From Octopus sinensis (lineage: Eukaryota), in assembly GCF_006345805.1 (NCBI RefSeq), contig NC_043001.1, positions 72,788,001-72,852,000 of the forward strand: DNA of 64,000 nt, given 5' to 3'. A program made the translations under genes and the position numbers. Shown here piece by piece: positions 12,703 through 24,581 of this stretch. Position 1 is the first letter of the stretch, and each line of letters starts with the position of its first letter. The notes under the pieces are model-generated. The model saw only the letters and a list, made by a program, of their open reading frames with translations. It was not told the DNA's origin and did no database searches.

Positions 12703-12925
12703 CAAAGCAGCGATCTGGCAGAAACATTAGTTAGCATGCCAAGCAAAATGCTTAGCGGTATTTTATCTGTCTTTACATTCTGAGTTCAAATTCTGTCAAG
12801 GTAGACTCTGCTTTTCATCCTTTTGGGGTTGATAAATTAGGTATCAGTTGCATACTGGGGTTGATCTAATTGACTGGTCCCTCCCCCAAAATTTCAGGCC
12901 TTGTGCCTGGAGTAGAAAAGAGTAT
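12703..12925 (+). mobile_element. SINE family B (Meta-domain-like core)
   Basis: GAGTTCAAATTC B box then GACT(C/T)TGC(C/T)TTTCATCCTTT.GGGGT(C/T)GATAAATTA(A/G)GTA(C/T)CAG; copies at 53083-53295, 49340-49510, 6300-6480, 4080-4220. Confidence 0.8.
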
Positions 12926-12945
12926 ATTACAGTTTACATACATAC

Positions 12946-12987
<42 letters not shown>

Positions 12988-13017
12988 GCGAGAAAGAAGC
13001 AACAAGAATGGATAGGT

Positions 13018-13108
13018 TTTTAGTACGATCGTTTCATACAAGGACAGGTTTTATTAAAAGTTGCAAAGATTACAGCATATAAACGAGTCCCGTACTCATC
13101 AGCTAAAA
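13018..13108 (-). ncRNA. Type I hammerhead ribozyme with intact core, in a ~500-bp element between (TA)n tracts (about 12985-13500)
   Basis: Stem I UUUUAG/CUAAAA, CUGAUGA, extended stem II GUACGGGAC..GUCCUUGUAU, GAA, palindromic stem III ACGAUCGU, GUA cleavage at 13024. Confidence 0.85.
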
Positions 13109-13513
13109 TACATGTAAGTTCTCTAGACATCCTAGTGTTTGAGGCTATACTCATGAAGTAATGTAGATAATTAAACAGATTTCTAAAGTTCATTAAAGTT
13201 CTTTAAAGATGATGCATAGTCTTATCACAGAATTTTAAAAAAGTTTTGGTGGCATCACAGAGAAGGTGACCTAATCCATATGAATTTCCATAGATATGAT
13301 GAGGGATTATATACTCACAGAAGACAAATTTATCCATTGTTATTAGCATTACAGAGAGGGTTAATTAATCCTTTGTATATATGCTTATAATCACCCCACA
13401 TTACTGTATTGTTAAATCAGTATAGTTTTTTTTTGGTGCATCTAAGTTAGGTACCATATTCAAGTAAATTTTTTAAATTAACTTGAATCTTTATTGCTCT
13501 TGTATATATATAT

Positions 13514-13557
<44 letters not shown>

Positions 13558-13625
13558 CATACCAAAGTAAGCACATAAATGTGAAACAAGTGGGGAAAAA
13601 ATAGTACTTGAATACCGGAGGTAGA

Positions 13626-13803
13626 GTAATATGCTTTATTAACAAAGCTGCAAAGACATGACAAAAACTGTTACTCAGAGTTTCACATTCCTTTTCATCG
13701 GACAGTTTTGGTTGAGAATAACTGTCCAACGAACAGACACGCGAAACTCTGAGTAACAGTTTTTGAGATATCTTTGCAGCCTGATTAATAATAAAGTATA
13801 TAC
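13626..13803. repeat. Fold-back palindrome carrying inverted hammerhead-like motifs (CCGANGA core variant)
   Basis: Minus 13664-13709: AAAACUGU-CCGAUGA-..-GAAACUCUGAGUA-ACAGUUUU; plus 13720-13761 is the mirror copy; a partial copy lies at about 6568-6620. Confidence 0.75.
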
Positions 13804-13808
13804 ATATA

Positions 13809-15076
13809 TAGGAGGTGACCAAAATAATGGAAAAACCTTAAAATTTCAAACAAATTTATTTTAATATGGGGTTGGACTACCTTTGGCAGCAATTACAGCT
13901 TGAATTGTACAAGGTACGGACTTGTACAAAGTTTGAATTGTTTCCAAAGGAATTTTTGCCCATTCTTCAGCTAAAACAGTTTCCAGTTCTTGTAGTGATG
14001 ATGGTGGAGGATATTGACTCCTTACTTGTTTTTCTAAAATGCACCATAAATGTTCAATAATATTGAGATCTGGGGACTGTGGTGGCCAGATAACATGTTA
14101 AACTTCACTAGAATGATCCTTGTGCCATTCAGTAACAACTTTAGCTGTGTGAATTGGTGCATTATCATCCTGAAAGACTGCGTTTCCCTCCGGAAACAGT
14201 TCCGCAACCATAGGCTGAATTTGGTCAGATAAAATGCTTAAATAGTCTTGACTATTAATTCTGCCATGAAAGGGAACCATTAGGCTGGTGGATATCCAAG
14301 ATATAGTCACGGGATCATCACAGATCCTCCACCATGTTTAACAGTTGGAAGAAGGCAGTCTGGGTCAAATGCTTCTTTTGGCTGTCTCCACATGTATATT
14401 TGGCTGGTGGTCGGAAATAGGGTAGAGGATAACTCGTCCGAGAAAATAACATTCTTCCACTCCTCTAGCGACCTATTCTGTAGGTTTTGACTCCACTCTA
14501 AATGCTTTGCAACATTTGTTTTTGAAAGTAGTGATTTTCTGATTGCAGCCCTCCCGTGAAATCCAGCTTTGTGCAGCTCTCGACAAAGTTTTTGTGGAAA
14601 CTGGGTTCTTGATGTAGTCATTAAGCTCTGCAGTAATTTTGGAAGCTGTACTTTTTGTGATCCATTCTAACAATTCACGTATGAGTCTGATGGTCCCTAT
14701 CTGAAAGTTTTGGTTTTTTTCCAGAGTTTTATTTTGACGTGGAGGCTTTTCTCTCTTTCTCAAAGGCTGTCATTACTTTTGAGACAGTACCTCTTGATAT
14801 ACCAAACATTTTGGTTGTTTTCACTACGTTAGCGCCTGCCATATGAGCACCAATAATTTGACTCCTTTGAAAGTTCGATAGATCTGTCATTTTAATGAAT
14901 TTTAATTATCTTTTTCTGACGGTATCTGAAAAGAAACAGCAATTTTAGCAAAACATATTAAGCAACACTAATAATAAATCAAAAAGCATAAAAATAAACA
15001 AGCTTTTGGCAGTTTTATAGATATTTCAAAACTATGATGCTATGATGCGAGGTGTTTCCATTATTTTGTACAACTC

Positions 15077-15079
<3 letters not shown>
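13809..15079 (-). mobile_element. Tc1-family DNA transposon, near full length, pseudogenised
   Basis: About 29-bp TIRs (CAGGAGTTGTACAAAATAATGGAAACACC) in TA context; transposase from ATG 14890 (MTDLSNFQRSQI..), [26 protein letters not shown] and DLNIIEHLW motifs, frameshifted. Confidence 0.95.
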
Positions 15080-15112
<33 letters not shown>

Positions 15113-15189
15113 TAATAAATAAATAAAACATATGCATATATACATACATATGTGTACGTACCTACCTCTACATGTATATATACATGCAT

Positions 15190-15600
15190 ATATGGGTACA
15201 GGACACCAAAAAAACGCCGAACACAATGAGAAACGAAAACATAAATACAAAACCAAGGAAATGGACATTTTTCTTAAACAACGAAAAAATAGAGTACAGG
15301 ACATACAAAACAAGGAAAATTCCCCTTCTTCAGTCGCCTTTGTTTCATCTACTCCACGTTTCGAAGGTCAAGGCGATACATGACTTTAATAAAACAACTC
15401 TTCCCGCGAAAATCAAATTAAATAAAATTTGAGATTTTTTGCGGAGGGGTAAAAATGGTAACAAAAACAGGACAGTAACGACAGTACAAAATATAAATGG
15501 TAAAAGACAGGACAAGGAGAATAACAGTAACACAAAGAAGAAGGGCTGTTAAGCCGAACGAGATAAAATTTTTTACGAACGCTATTTTTTGAGAATGTAT
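15190..15600. mobile_element. Unclassified ~400-bp CpG-rich insertion in (TA)n, possibly a Penelope pLTR fragment
   Basis: Bounded by microsatellite; minus strand has CTTCGAAACG and CTGAAGAAGGGG about 30 nt apart, but no convincing type I hammerhead fold. Confidence 0.35.
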
Positions 15601-16462
15601 ATGTATATATATAGCACCACAACTACTGCCAACACCAATACAACTAACACCACAACTATAGAGACATCTCCACTACAACTATTATGACTACCACCACCAA
15701 TACTAACAATACTCCTTTTTCAAAAAATGGAGCCGGAAGAGCCCTTCACAGTTACAAATAAGCACATCTCAACCATATTAATTAATAGAAAAGCACCCAC
15801 TAGGGGTCATGAAGAAATTCTTCTTTTCATACATTTCTTCCTCTATTTCCACGCACTGAATTCATTAGACAACTGATAGCAGTGTATTTTATGACTATGA
15901 CCTTATCTGCTGAGAGCCTTTAGAAAAGTATCTGTCCAGATGAACGGTCTCCACAACACAACCACTATTGCCTGATTCACGGCTTACAACAAAATGCATT
16001 TGCCAGTTGCTATGAATGCATCTTATCTGCAAAACTTTTTCACATTGATCTACTATTGGAACATCCCTTCTCTTACATTTATTACTAATACAAGTAATTG
16101 TGTTTTCAATTGCTGAAGTGAAATTTGGTGATATTTTGTAAATAAATATTAAAAATTATGTTGTGCAATATTCAAATACCTTTGAACAACTTTTAATGTA
16201 AGGAAAATGGGCTTTATTATAGATGCCAATATGTGCTTTATGAATACATTTCAGCACTGTACAGACTGGGAGGCCTACTAGTATATAAATATATATTAAC
16301 ATGGCTGTGTGGCAAGAAGCTTGCTTCTCAACGACATGGTTCCAGGTTCAGTCCCACTGCATGGTACCTTAGGCAAGTGTCTTCTACTATAGCCTCAGGC
16401 CAACCAAAGCCTTGTGAGTAGATTTGGTAGACGGAAGCTGAAAGAAGCTCATCGAGAGAGAG

Positions 16463-16573
<111 letters not shown>

Positions 16574-16790
16574 TCTCTCAACATATCTTGACAACTGATG
16601 CTGGTGTGTTCATGTCCCCATAACTTGGCAGTTCAGCAAAAGAGACAGATAGAATAAGTACTAGGCTTACAAAAAATAAGTCTGGGGGTTGATTTCTATG
16701 ACTAAAAACTTCCAAGGTGGTATTCCAGAAAGAAGTAAAAGAGTAAAAGAATATATATATATATCTAAACACACACACACACATATATAT

Positions 16791-16907
16791 ATATCTCTGA
16801 AGAGGCCGTGGGGCATCCTTGCTAATGTCTCATTTATACCTGCCTTATATGGCTTATAGGTTAAATGAGGCATGCTTGCCCTTATGGCCGAAACAGCTGT
16901 CAGATAT
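16791..16907 (+). ncRNA. Type I hammerhead ribozyme with intact core and long stem II, at the start of a ~300-bp element (16791-17090)
   Basis: Stem I AUAUCU/AGAUAU, CUGAAGA (16797-16803), stem II GGCCGUGGGGCA/UGCCCUUAUGGCC enclosing a further hairpin, GAAA 16890-16893, palindromic stem III ACAGCUGU, GUC cleavage at 16901. Confidence 0.88.
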
Positions 16908-17090
16908 GATATAATTATATATTATATTTTATATTTTATATTTCTATTTCCTTGTCTAATTATATTTACAATATATTTTGTATAATGCCTTTACTGTTAT
17001 GTAATGGTGTAATAAAGTATTGATTGGGTATCATCTGATGGTTGATGTTTGATTGATTTAAGTATGTTTCTCCATTTTCTAATTTTGTAG

Positions 17091-17122
<32 letters not shown>

Positions 17123-18239
17123 AGTGAATGCACAAATGAAAGAAAAGGGCATTCAATACATTTAGTTACATGTTACACATACAATATATATGTATTTAGC
17201 TTCTATGAAATTCATTCACAAGACTTTTATCAGCTCAGGGCTATAGTAGAAGACATGTGCCCAAGCCGCCACACAGTGGGACTGACCTGCGACCAATTGA
17301 TTGTCAAGCAAACTTCTTACCTCACAGCCACACCTGTACCTATTATGTGTTGTAGTTAGAAGTGTGGCTCTGTGGTAACATATGTACCCTTATACAAAAA
17401 CAAATGCAGACACCCACCCATGCAGACACTGGCATATACATCTACATGAAAAAATCCCACCCAGAAATGCATATATATAAGTATATATGCAAAAACACAG
17501 AAGCAGACTGGTTCACATGCACATACTAACATATACACATACATACACAAACAACCACCTACAAACAAATACAGACATGCATGTATACACACACACATAC
17601 ATATAAACATGCACACACTCACGTGCACGCGCACACACTCACGTACACACACGCACAAAAACTCTAAGATATATAAACTCGCATGCACAAACATATACGC
17701 TCACTTACAAACAAACACATTCATGCAGAGGCACACAAAGCCCGACATATACACACAAGCACGCACATTAACACATACACCTGTATGCATAAACGCTCAC
17801 CCACAAACACACGCTTGTACACATGCATATGCACACACACACACAGAGTTTGACATGTACATACACTGACAGACACATGCAAATATTAACATGTATACTT
17901 GCATCAGTAACAAACATAAATAATCATACACAAATACATGTATACACATATATGCACACAAACAAACGCACACATGCACACAAACAGATAGACATGTACA
18001 TGCAAACACATAAACACATGCACAAGCAAACACTAGCACGCATACTCACATCTCTAACAAACGTAAATGACCATCCACAAATGCATATATTCACACACAC
18101 AAACACAGATAGACATGTATATACACACATATAAATAGATGAACATGCAAACACTAACATGTATACTTACGTAAAGAAACGAACGTAAATAACAGCCCAC
18201 AAATGCATATATGTAGATATATGCACACAAACACACAGA

Positions 18240-18279
<40 letters not shown>

Positions 18280-18289
18280 TAAACACAAG

Positions 18290-18540
18290 GTGTTAGAAAT
18301 CAGTTGTAAGGTTAATAGAACTGGCTCCGCTGCACAATTAACAAGTTTGACGTCAGAACACCTTCAATGTAACATCTTTTGTCTATGTACTGTTATGGAA
18401 TCGAACGTACAATTCGATGCCAAGCTCTATTGATTTATCAATTTGCTAGTGACGTCGATAACACGTAGCTTAATGCCCTTTCGTCAGCAGACGGTTCTCT
18501 ACTTTGTTGGAATATCAATAGAAATAAAATGACTCAACTG
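18290..18540. promoter_or_regulatory. Candidate promoter: unique CpG-retaining island with CRE/AP-1 motifs
   Basis: TGACGTCA (about 18348), TGACGTC (about 18450), TGACTCA (about 18530); about ten CpGs in 250 bp between microsatellites. Confidence 0.35.
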
Positions 18541-18594
<54 letters not shown>

Positions 18595-18669
18595 GTGTGT
18601 GTATGTATGTATGTATGTATGTATTAAAAAAACTAAATATGTATAAAACAATGTATATATATATATATA

Positions 18670-19182
18670 CTAGCAGTATCGCCCGGCGTTGCTCGGGTTT
18701 GTAAGGGAAATAACTATATAAGCATTTTTAGAGAGTTACTTCCCTTATAGATGCCAATTCGGGCTTTCTTAGCCATTTCTGTTTTGGTGTCTTCAAGCCA
18801 TGAAGTCGTTGTTCTAAAAGAACGCTGGTCTCCTTGACAACGCTTTACGACGTTGATTTCCTTTCACTCCCTTTCCCACAGCTTCACGAGGGAGGGAAGA
18901 AGGGGGAGAAGCAAACAGGTGCAGGTGTGACCATGGACGCCAACTCCGCCGCCATCGACACACGAAAAATTATGCATTAAAATGGAATAAAAAATGATGT
19001 TAAATTATTTTTAAAATCGTAGACTCATCGTAGACGTGCACTAATACTCAGACGGGCTCGATATGAATCACGACTATAAGATACCCGAATTTGGTTAAAC
19101 TGCACCGCAAAATGTGGGAGTAGTTAGGAATCTAAATCGAAGGGGACAGACACTCACACAACTACAGTTTTATATATATAGA
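18670..19182 (-). mobile_element. Complete non-autonomous Helitron
   Basis: Minus strand 5'-TC ... CCCGAGCAACGCCGGG hairpin ... CTAG-3', inserted between A and T with no TSD. Confidence 0.9.
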
Positions 19183-19206
19183 TATATATATATATGTATG
19201 TATATA

Positions 19207-20042
19207 CAGTGGTTTGACAAAATAATGGAAACGCCCACCATCATAGCATCATAATTTTGAAATATCAATAAAACCGTCAAGAGCTTGTTTATTTTTATGT
19301 TTTCTGATTTATTATTAGTGTTGCTTAATATGTTTTGCTAAAATTGCTGTTTCTTTTCAGATATCATTAGAAAAAAACAATTAAAATTCATTAAATTCAT
19401 AAAATGACAGATCTATCGGACTTTCAAAGAGGTCCAATTGCTGGTGCTCGTATGGCAGGCGCTAGCATAACGAAAACAGCCGAAATGTTTGATGGATCAA
19501 GAAGGACTATTTAGGCGACCTTTGGACTCATACGCGAATTGTTAGAATCGATCACAAGAGTACAGCTCCCAAAATTACTGCAGAGCTTAATGACCACATC
19601 GAGAACCCAGTTTCCACAAAAACTTTGTCGGGAGCTGCACAAAGCTGGATTTCACGGGAGGGCTGCAATCAGAAAATCACTACTTTCTAAAACAAACGTT
19701 GCAAAGCGTTTAGAGTGGAGTCAAAACCTACAGAATATGTCCCTAGAGAAATGGAAAATGTTATTTTCTCGGACGAGCCATACTCTACCTTATTTCCGAC
19801 CAACGGCCGAGTATACGTGCGGAGACAGCCAAAAGAAGCATTTGACCCAGACTGCCTTCTTCCAACTGTTAAACATGGAGGAGGATCTGTGATGATCCGG
19901 TGGCCTATATCTTGGATATCCACCAGCCCAATAAGCATTTTATCTGACCAAATTCAGCCTATGGTTGCGAAACTGTTTCCGGAGGGAAACGCAATCTTTC
20001 GGGATAATAATGCACCAATCTGCACAGCTAAAGTTGTTACTG
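19207..20042 (+). mobile_element. Tc1 copy 2 (same family as 13809-15079), internally deleted and 3'-truncated
   Basis: TA-CAGTGGTTTGACAAAATAATGGAAAC TIR; ATG 19404; ORFs 19539 and 19715 match the copy-1 peptides. Confidence 0.92.
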
Positions 20043-20384
20043 CACAGGAGCCAGTCCAGCGGCACTGGCAACGACCTCGCTCGAATGTTTTTTCACGTGC
20101 CACCAGCACAAGTGCTAGTAAGGCGACGTATTTTTATATATGTATATATATATATATGTATTTATATATGTATATATATTTATATGTACATATATATGTA
20201 TTTATATATATGTATATATATATATATACATATATATATATACATATATATATATGTACATATATATGTACACACACACACATATATATATACTTATACA
20301 TGTATATTATATTTATATCTATATATTATACATATTTATATATGTATACCTATGACAACATGGAAGACAGATGTTAAGTGATTT

Positions 20385-20890
20385 ATTTGTATATATCGAA
20401 TCCAGTGTAGCTGATACAACAATTTCTACATGGGTAGCACTAGGCTATTCACATCAAAGAGCATCAAAACACACGATCCTTCTCCTTCAGAAAACACTAA
20501 AACAGATGTCGAAACACCGACATAAACGTAACAGTCACAATTGAGACCAATGACAGAAATTTAGGAAATTTAGGAATTAAGGAGGCTATCCTCATAGACA
20601 ACGGAGAACACCAAATTAACAATATGTCGAAAATTAACATTCACTGTCTTATTTAACAACAACGACACCCTGCACGCACGATGATAACATGCTCATATAA
20701 CAAAACATTACATGAAAAAAAGAATCTTAATGCACATGTAATACATAACTTGGTAACAGCGCTACGAATATGCCAACACACACGAGCTCAAGACATGACT
20801 ACTCTCATCCTCTTCGCGTGAGGAATTCTGGAAAGAACTTCCTGAGACCATTACAGGAACGCTTCTGACAGATTTCAATAACCGTTACAG
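20385..20890 (+). mobile_element. Penelope-like element 3' part (GIY-YIG + 3' region); continues at 27964-27988 and 28781-28860
   Basis: YRIQCS*YNNFYMGST..ETNDRNLGNLGIKEAILID homologous to ORF 40364..40600; downstream sequence collinear with 40026-40270(-), including a degenerate hammerhead at 28803-28845. Confidence 0.85.
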
Positions 20891-21059
20891 CAGTGGTTCT
20901 CATGCTTTTCAAAAAAATTTTAATAGCAGTCCCCTTATAATTTTTTTAATGCCTCACGGTCCCTTATAAAATCAAGGAGAATAACCACAGTGAAAATATT
21001 TTTCAACTTTTATTTATTTCGAAAATGACAAAACTCAGTCATCAAATTTACATAGGATT

Positions 21060-23558
21060 TCAGTGAGATGGGTGCATCTGCTTCGCTTTCAACGAATCTT
21101 CCAAGTAAGGCTGTGTTTTTGACTGAGCCATCACTCACATCTAGTCTGTTTCAAGACTTTGTTTTGATGGTGAGTAAAGTTGAAAACGTAGTTTCGCACT
21201 CATAAGTAGTTGCGAACGGAATCAATATTTTTGGAGCCATCTTTGCGACATCAGGATATGACTGCGTCATTTGAATCCAAAAGTTGCTGTTGCACATCTG
21301 ACTGAAAGATAGCTTTGCATCCCCATCATGCACCAAATCAATAAATTGTTTTTTGAATCATGTTGTCCTCTGAAGGCAAATCACTGACTGAGAATGCAAA
21401 TGGGTTGTTAACAAAGTGACAGTACTTACCAAATTCCTGTAAGTCAGAAAAATATTGAGAAATTTCATCGCCAAGAATCGAAACATGGTTTTTTTCATCA
21501 CCCCAAGGATATCATCATCGACTTGAAGTTCATTTTCGTCAAGAAATATGTTGAGCTGTGGAAATGGTGCAGGGTTCCTGCTTTCTAACTTTGAATGCTA
21601 TAAAACGAGCTTCATTTTGAAAGCAGTCGATTTTTCATGATAGTGGAGCACCGTAACCTGTTTTCCTTGCAGTGCAACATTGATACGCTTTACGGATTCG
21701 AACATGTCAACTAAATATGACAAGCACGTCAGAAAATGGTTATCAGAGAAATTTTTGCACATGCCTGGTTTAGCATCTTTTAGAAAGTTATGTATTTCTT
21801 GTCGTAATATGAAAACTCTTCAGAACTTTGCCCCTCGAAAGCCATCTTACGTTTGAGTGCAACAAAAGAGTTTCGAATTCCAAATCATTTTCTTTGCATA
21901 ACTCAGTAAACAGACGCAAGTTAAGAGCATTCACTTTAATGAAATAAACTGCTTTTATCATGTCATTCAGAACATTGTAAAACTCATCAGACATTGTTTT
22001 CACCATCAGTGCTTGACGATGAATAGTGCAGTGTGTGTTACACATTCATATCTATGTGTATACGTGTGTAGAATACTACCCTACCAACTAAAATTCAACC
22101 TCCTATTGACCAGGAAGAGACAAGGGCAAAGCTAGCAGCCACTCAAGAACAATCACAGAAATATTACAACAAACATGCACAATACTTACCTGAGATACTT
22201 GGAGGACAACATGTGCATACTCAAGATCCCATAACCAAAACATGGATTCCAGCACAGGTTGTCAGTAGAGCTGAAACTCCAAGATAGTATATAATAGAAA
22301 CGGAATCTGGTGGGCAGCTGACACGCAACAGGGCCCACATCTGCCCAACACCAAAGCTGTCGAGGACAACGTGTACAACACCTGCTGCATCAGTGACAAC
22401 ACCCACAGAATCATCACCCCAACGGGTACCAACCACCTATCAGCAGCCCAACAACACACCTCAGACACCGGTGCAAAGCACAAGATCCACCAGATGGAGA
22501 AAGAACATTCTGCCACCGGTTCGATACCGTTAAAAGAAAAAAAAAAAGAAAATGAAAAGATAAGTAGCGAATTCAGCTAGATTACAAAGCAGAGGCAGAA
22601 TAATCACGATTTCTGCTGCAGGATTGCCACCTCACGCTGACAATCCATTAGAGTAAGGGAGAATACTTGTATTTGTCTTCACTACCAAAAGACCCCTTTA
22701 TTTTTTTCAAGAAGAAGGGATGTTACACATTCATATCTATGTGTATACGTGTGTAGAATACATCCCCACTTTGGCACTATTTTGTTAGTGAACAGTACGA
22801 ACTGTGTCTAAAAGTAATTATGTATCACTACGCTGAATGTTGACAGTTCGTGTAACATGAAAGAGTAAATAAACACATAAAACAATAACAATGGCTTTCA
22901 TATTGGTTGTCTATCCCATCAGAACTCAAACTACACATAACAGTGTGTACCAATAACATCTGGAAACGTTTCTTTCACCAAAGTCTGAAAACCAGAACAG
23001 CAACCAAGCATCGCCGGAGCACCATCGGTGCACATCCCAATAACAGGCTCCCACCTAATACCATGCGCATTGAAAAATCGGTCAACTTTGACAAATATTT
23101 TCTTTGCAGTTATCTTGGTACAAAACAAGAATTCGTCATCAAGGTGCTTGTCATGTACACAACGAACATAGACGCAAAGTTGGCGACATCCGTCGTTTCA
23201 TCAAATTAGATTGCAAAAAATTTTTGGGTAGCAAAAAATTTTTTGGCAGCAGTTATTTTCCTCAAAACCTCATAAGAGGCCTTCAGACCAGTCGTAATGT
23301 CTTGCGAAAACATTCCCATGTCATCAAGTCTGGACCCAATCAATCTTTCAGCTTTGCATTTGAAGAAGTCTGCATCTTTGTGAGTTGAACTGGGGTGCTT
23401 AGTTTCCAAGTGTCTCTTTAACCTACTGGGCGTTAGTGAAGTTGTTGCCAACACTTCGGAGCAAAAAACACACTGCGGTTTCTCTTCTCCACCAGAATTT
23501 ATCACAGTTAAACCGATATTCAAATATGATTCGTCATATCTTATCTTTTTGGAGGCAT
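21060..23558 (-). pseudogene. Buster-type hAT transposase, disrupted
   Basis: BED finger PQCVFC..LKRHLETKH, CTDGAPAMLG, THCTIHRQAL (split by LTR insertion), VRWLSRGKVL, PFATTYECETTFS, terminal QMHPSH*. Confidence 0.92.
22036..22942 (+). mobile_element. Internally deleted Gypsy-type LTR element
   Basis: 5-bp TSD GTGTG; 41-bp 5' LTR stub (22036-22076) identical to the start of the 222-bp 3' LTR (22721-22942, TGTTA..TAACA); PPT AAGAAGAAGGGA; integrase C-terminal remnant QDPITKTWIPAQVV..LTRNRAHI. Confidence 0.88.
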
Positions 23559-24581
23559 TCTGAAGGCGAAAACAAAATATAATGTAATAATATAATGTAA
23601 TATAATGTAACTATAACCTGAAGACGGACATTTTCAATGTACATCACTTAATTAGGTATTTTGAAAACAATTGAACAAATGACAAACATGGAAATATGCA
23701 CACACAAAATAAAAAATATGCATTAGTTAAAAATCATATTCGGCACTCTAATTTTTCACTATTGTTTGCGGATAATAAAATGCTATCTGGAGCCCGAAAT
23801 TTGGTCAATGAATACTAAAAGAAAAGACTTACTGGAATGATTGGGGTAACAACCGGTGTCATGGAGGATGTAAACAGAGAAAGAAACGTCCGCAAAACAG
23901 AGGTGAAATAATTTCTAACTGAATTTTTTAGTAGCCTATAACAATCCCAATAATTTAATAGAATACAAAATAACACTTCGGCAAGAAGATACGTCTGTAT
24001 TTAAGAAAAACCAAGTGTATTGTGTTTTTTATGCGTGATGCGTGTCTGATTACAAAACGTGTAAGAACGAGTCATATGAAGGGAACTTGGATGCGCATTA
24101 ATGGTATTCGCGAAGGGGGGGGGAATTGATGAAAATCTAAAAGTCAGTGATGATATTGATGATGAACTTTGTCAATAACACATAGCCATACTAACTGAAT
24201 TCCAGAAGAATCAAGAATCAGGCATTGATGGGCAGAGCAGACGTGTGTAGTCAAGGATGACTAAGGATATTGTGTCATTAAGAGAAAGGGTTCTTTGGCC
24301 GAGTTGACTTTGAGGTCACAAACGAGAGAGAGGCTAAAAAGGTCACGCAACTGAGTCAGCATAACTAGACCAGGAAAAAATTCACTCAAGAGGAAACATG
24401 CAATAAGGTCAATAACACAAAGAGAAATGTGAATGGTAGGTTTATCCTTCATTAAATCCCATCACAGGAGGATAAACAAATAAATTGCGTACATTCTCAA
24501 TACAACTTTCCATCTCTTAATGTAGGTCGCAAGACTCGGTGTTTCGGTGGGGTTTTTTTCTCAGAGCTATGGTGACTTACT

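Noticed and set aside
20395-20440. In-frame TGA near the Penelope GIY-YIG CxxC as selenocysteine (Naiad-type)
   Set aside because: TGA is not at a conserved Cys position (likely CGA decay), the 40-kb copy has no such TGA, and no SECIS is recognisable.
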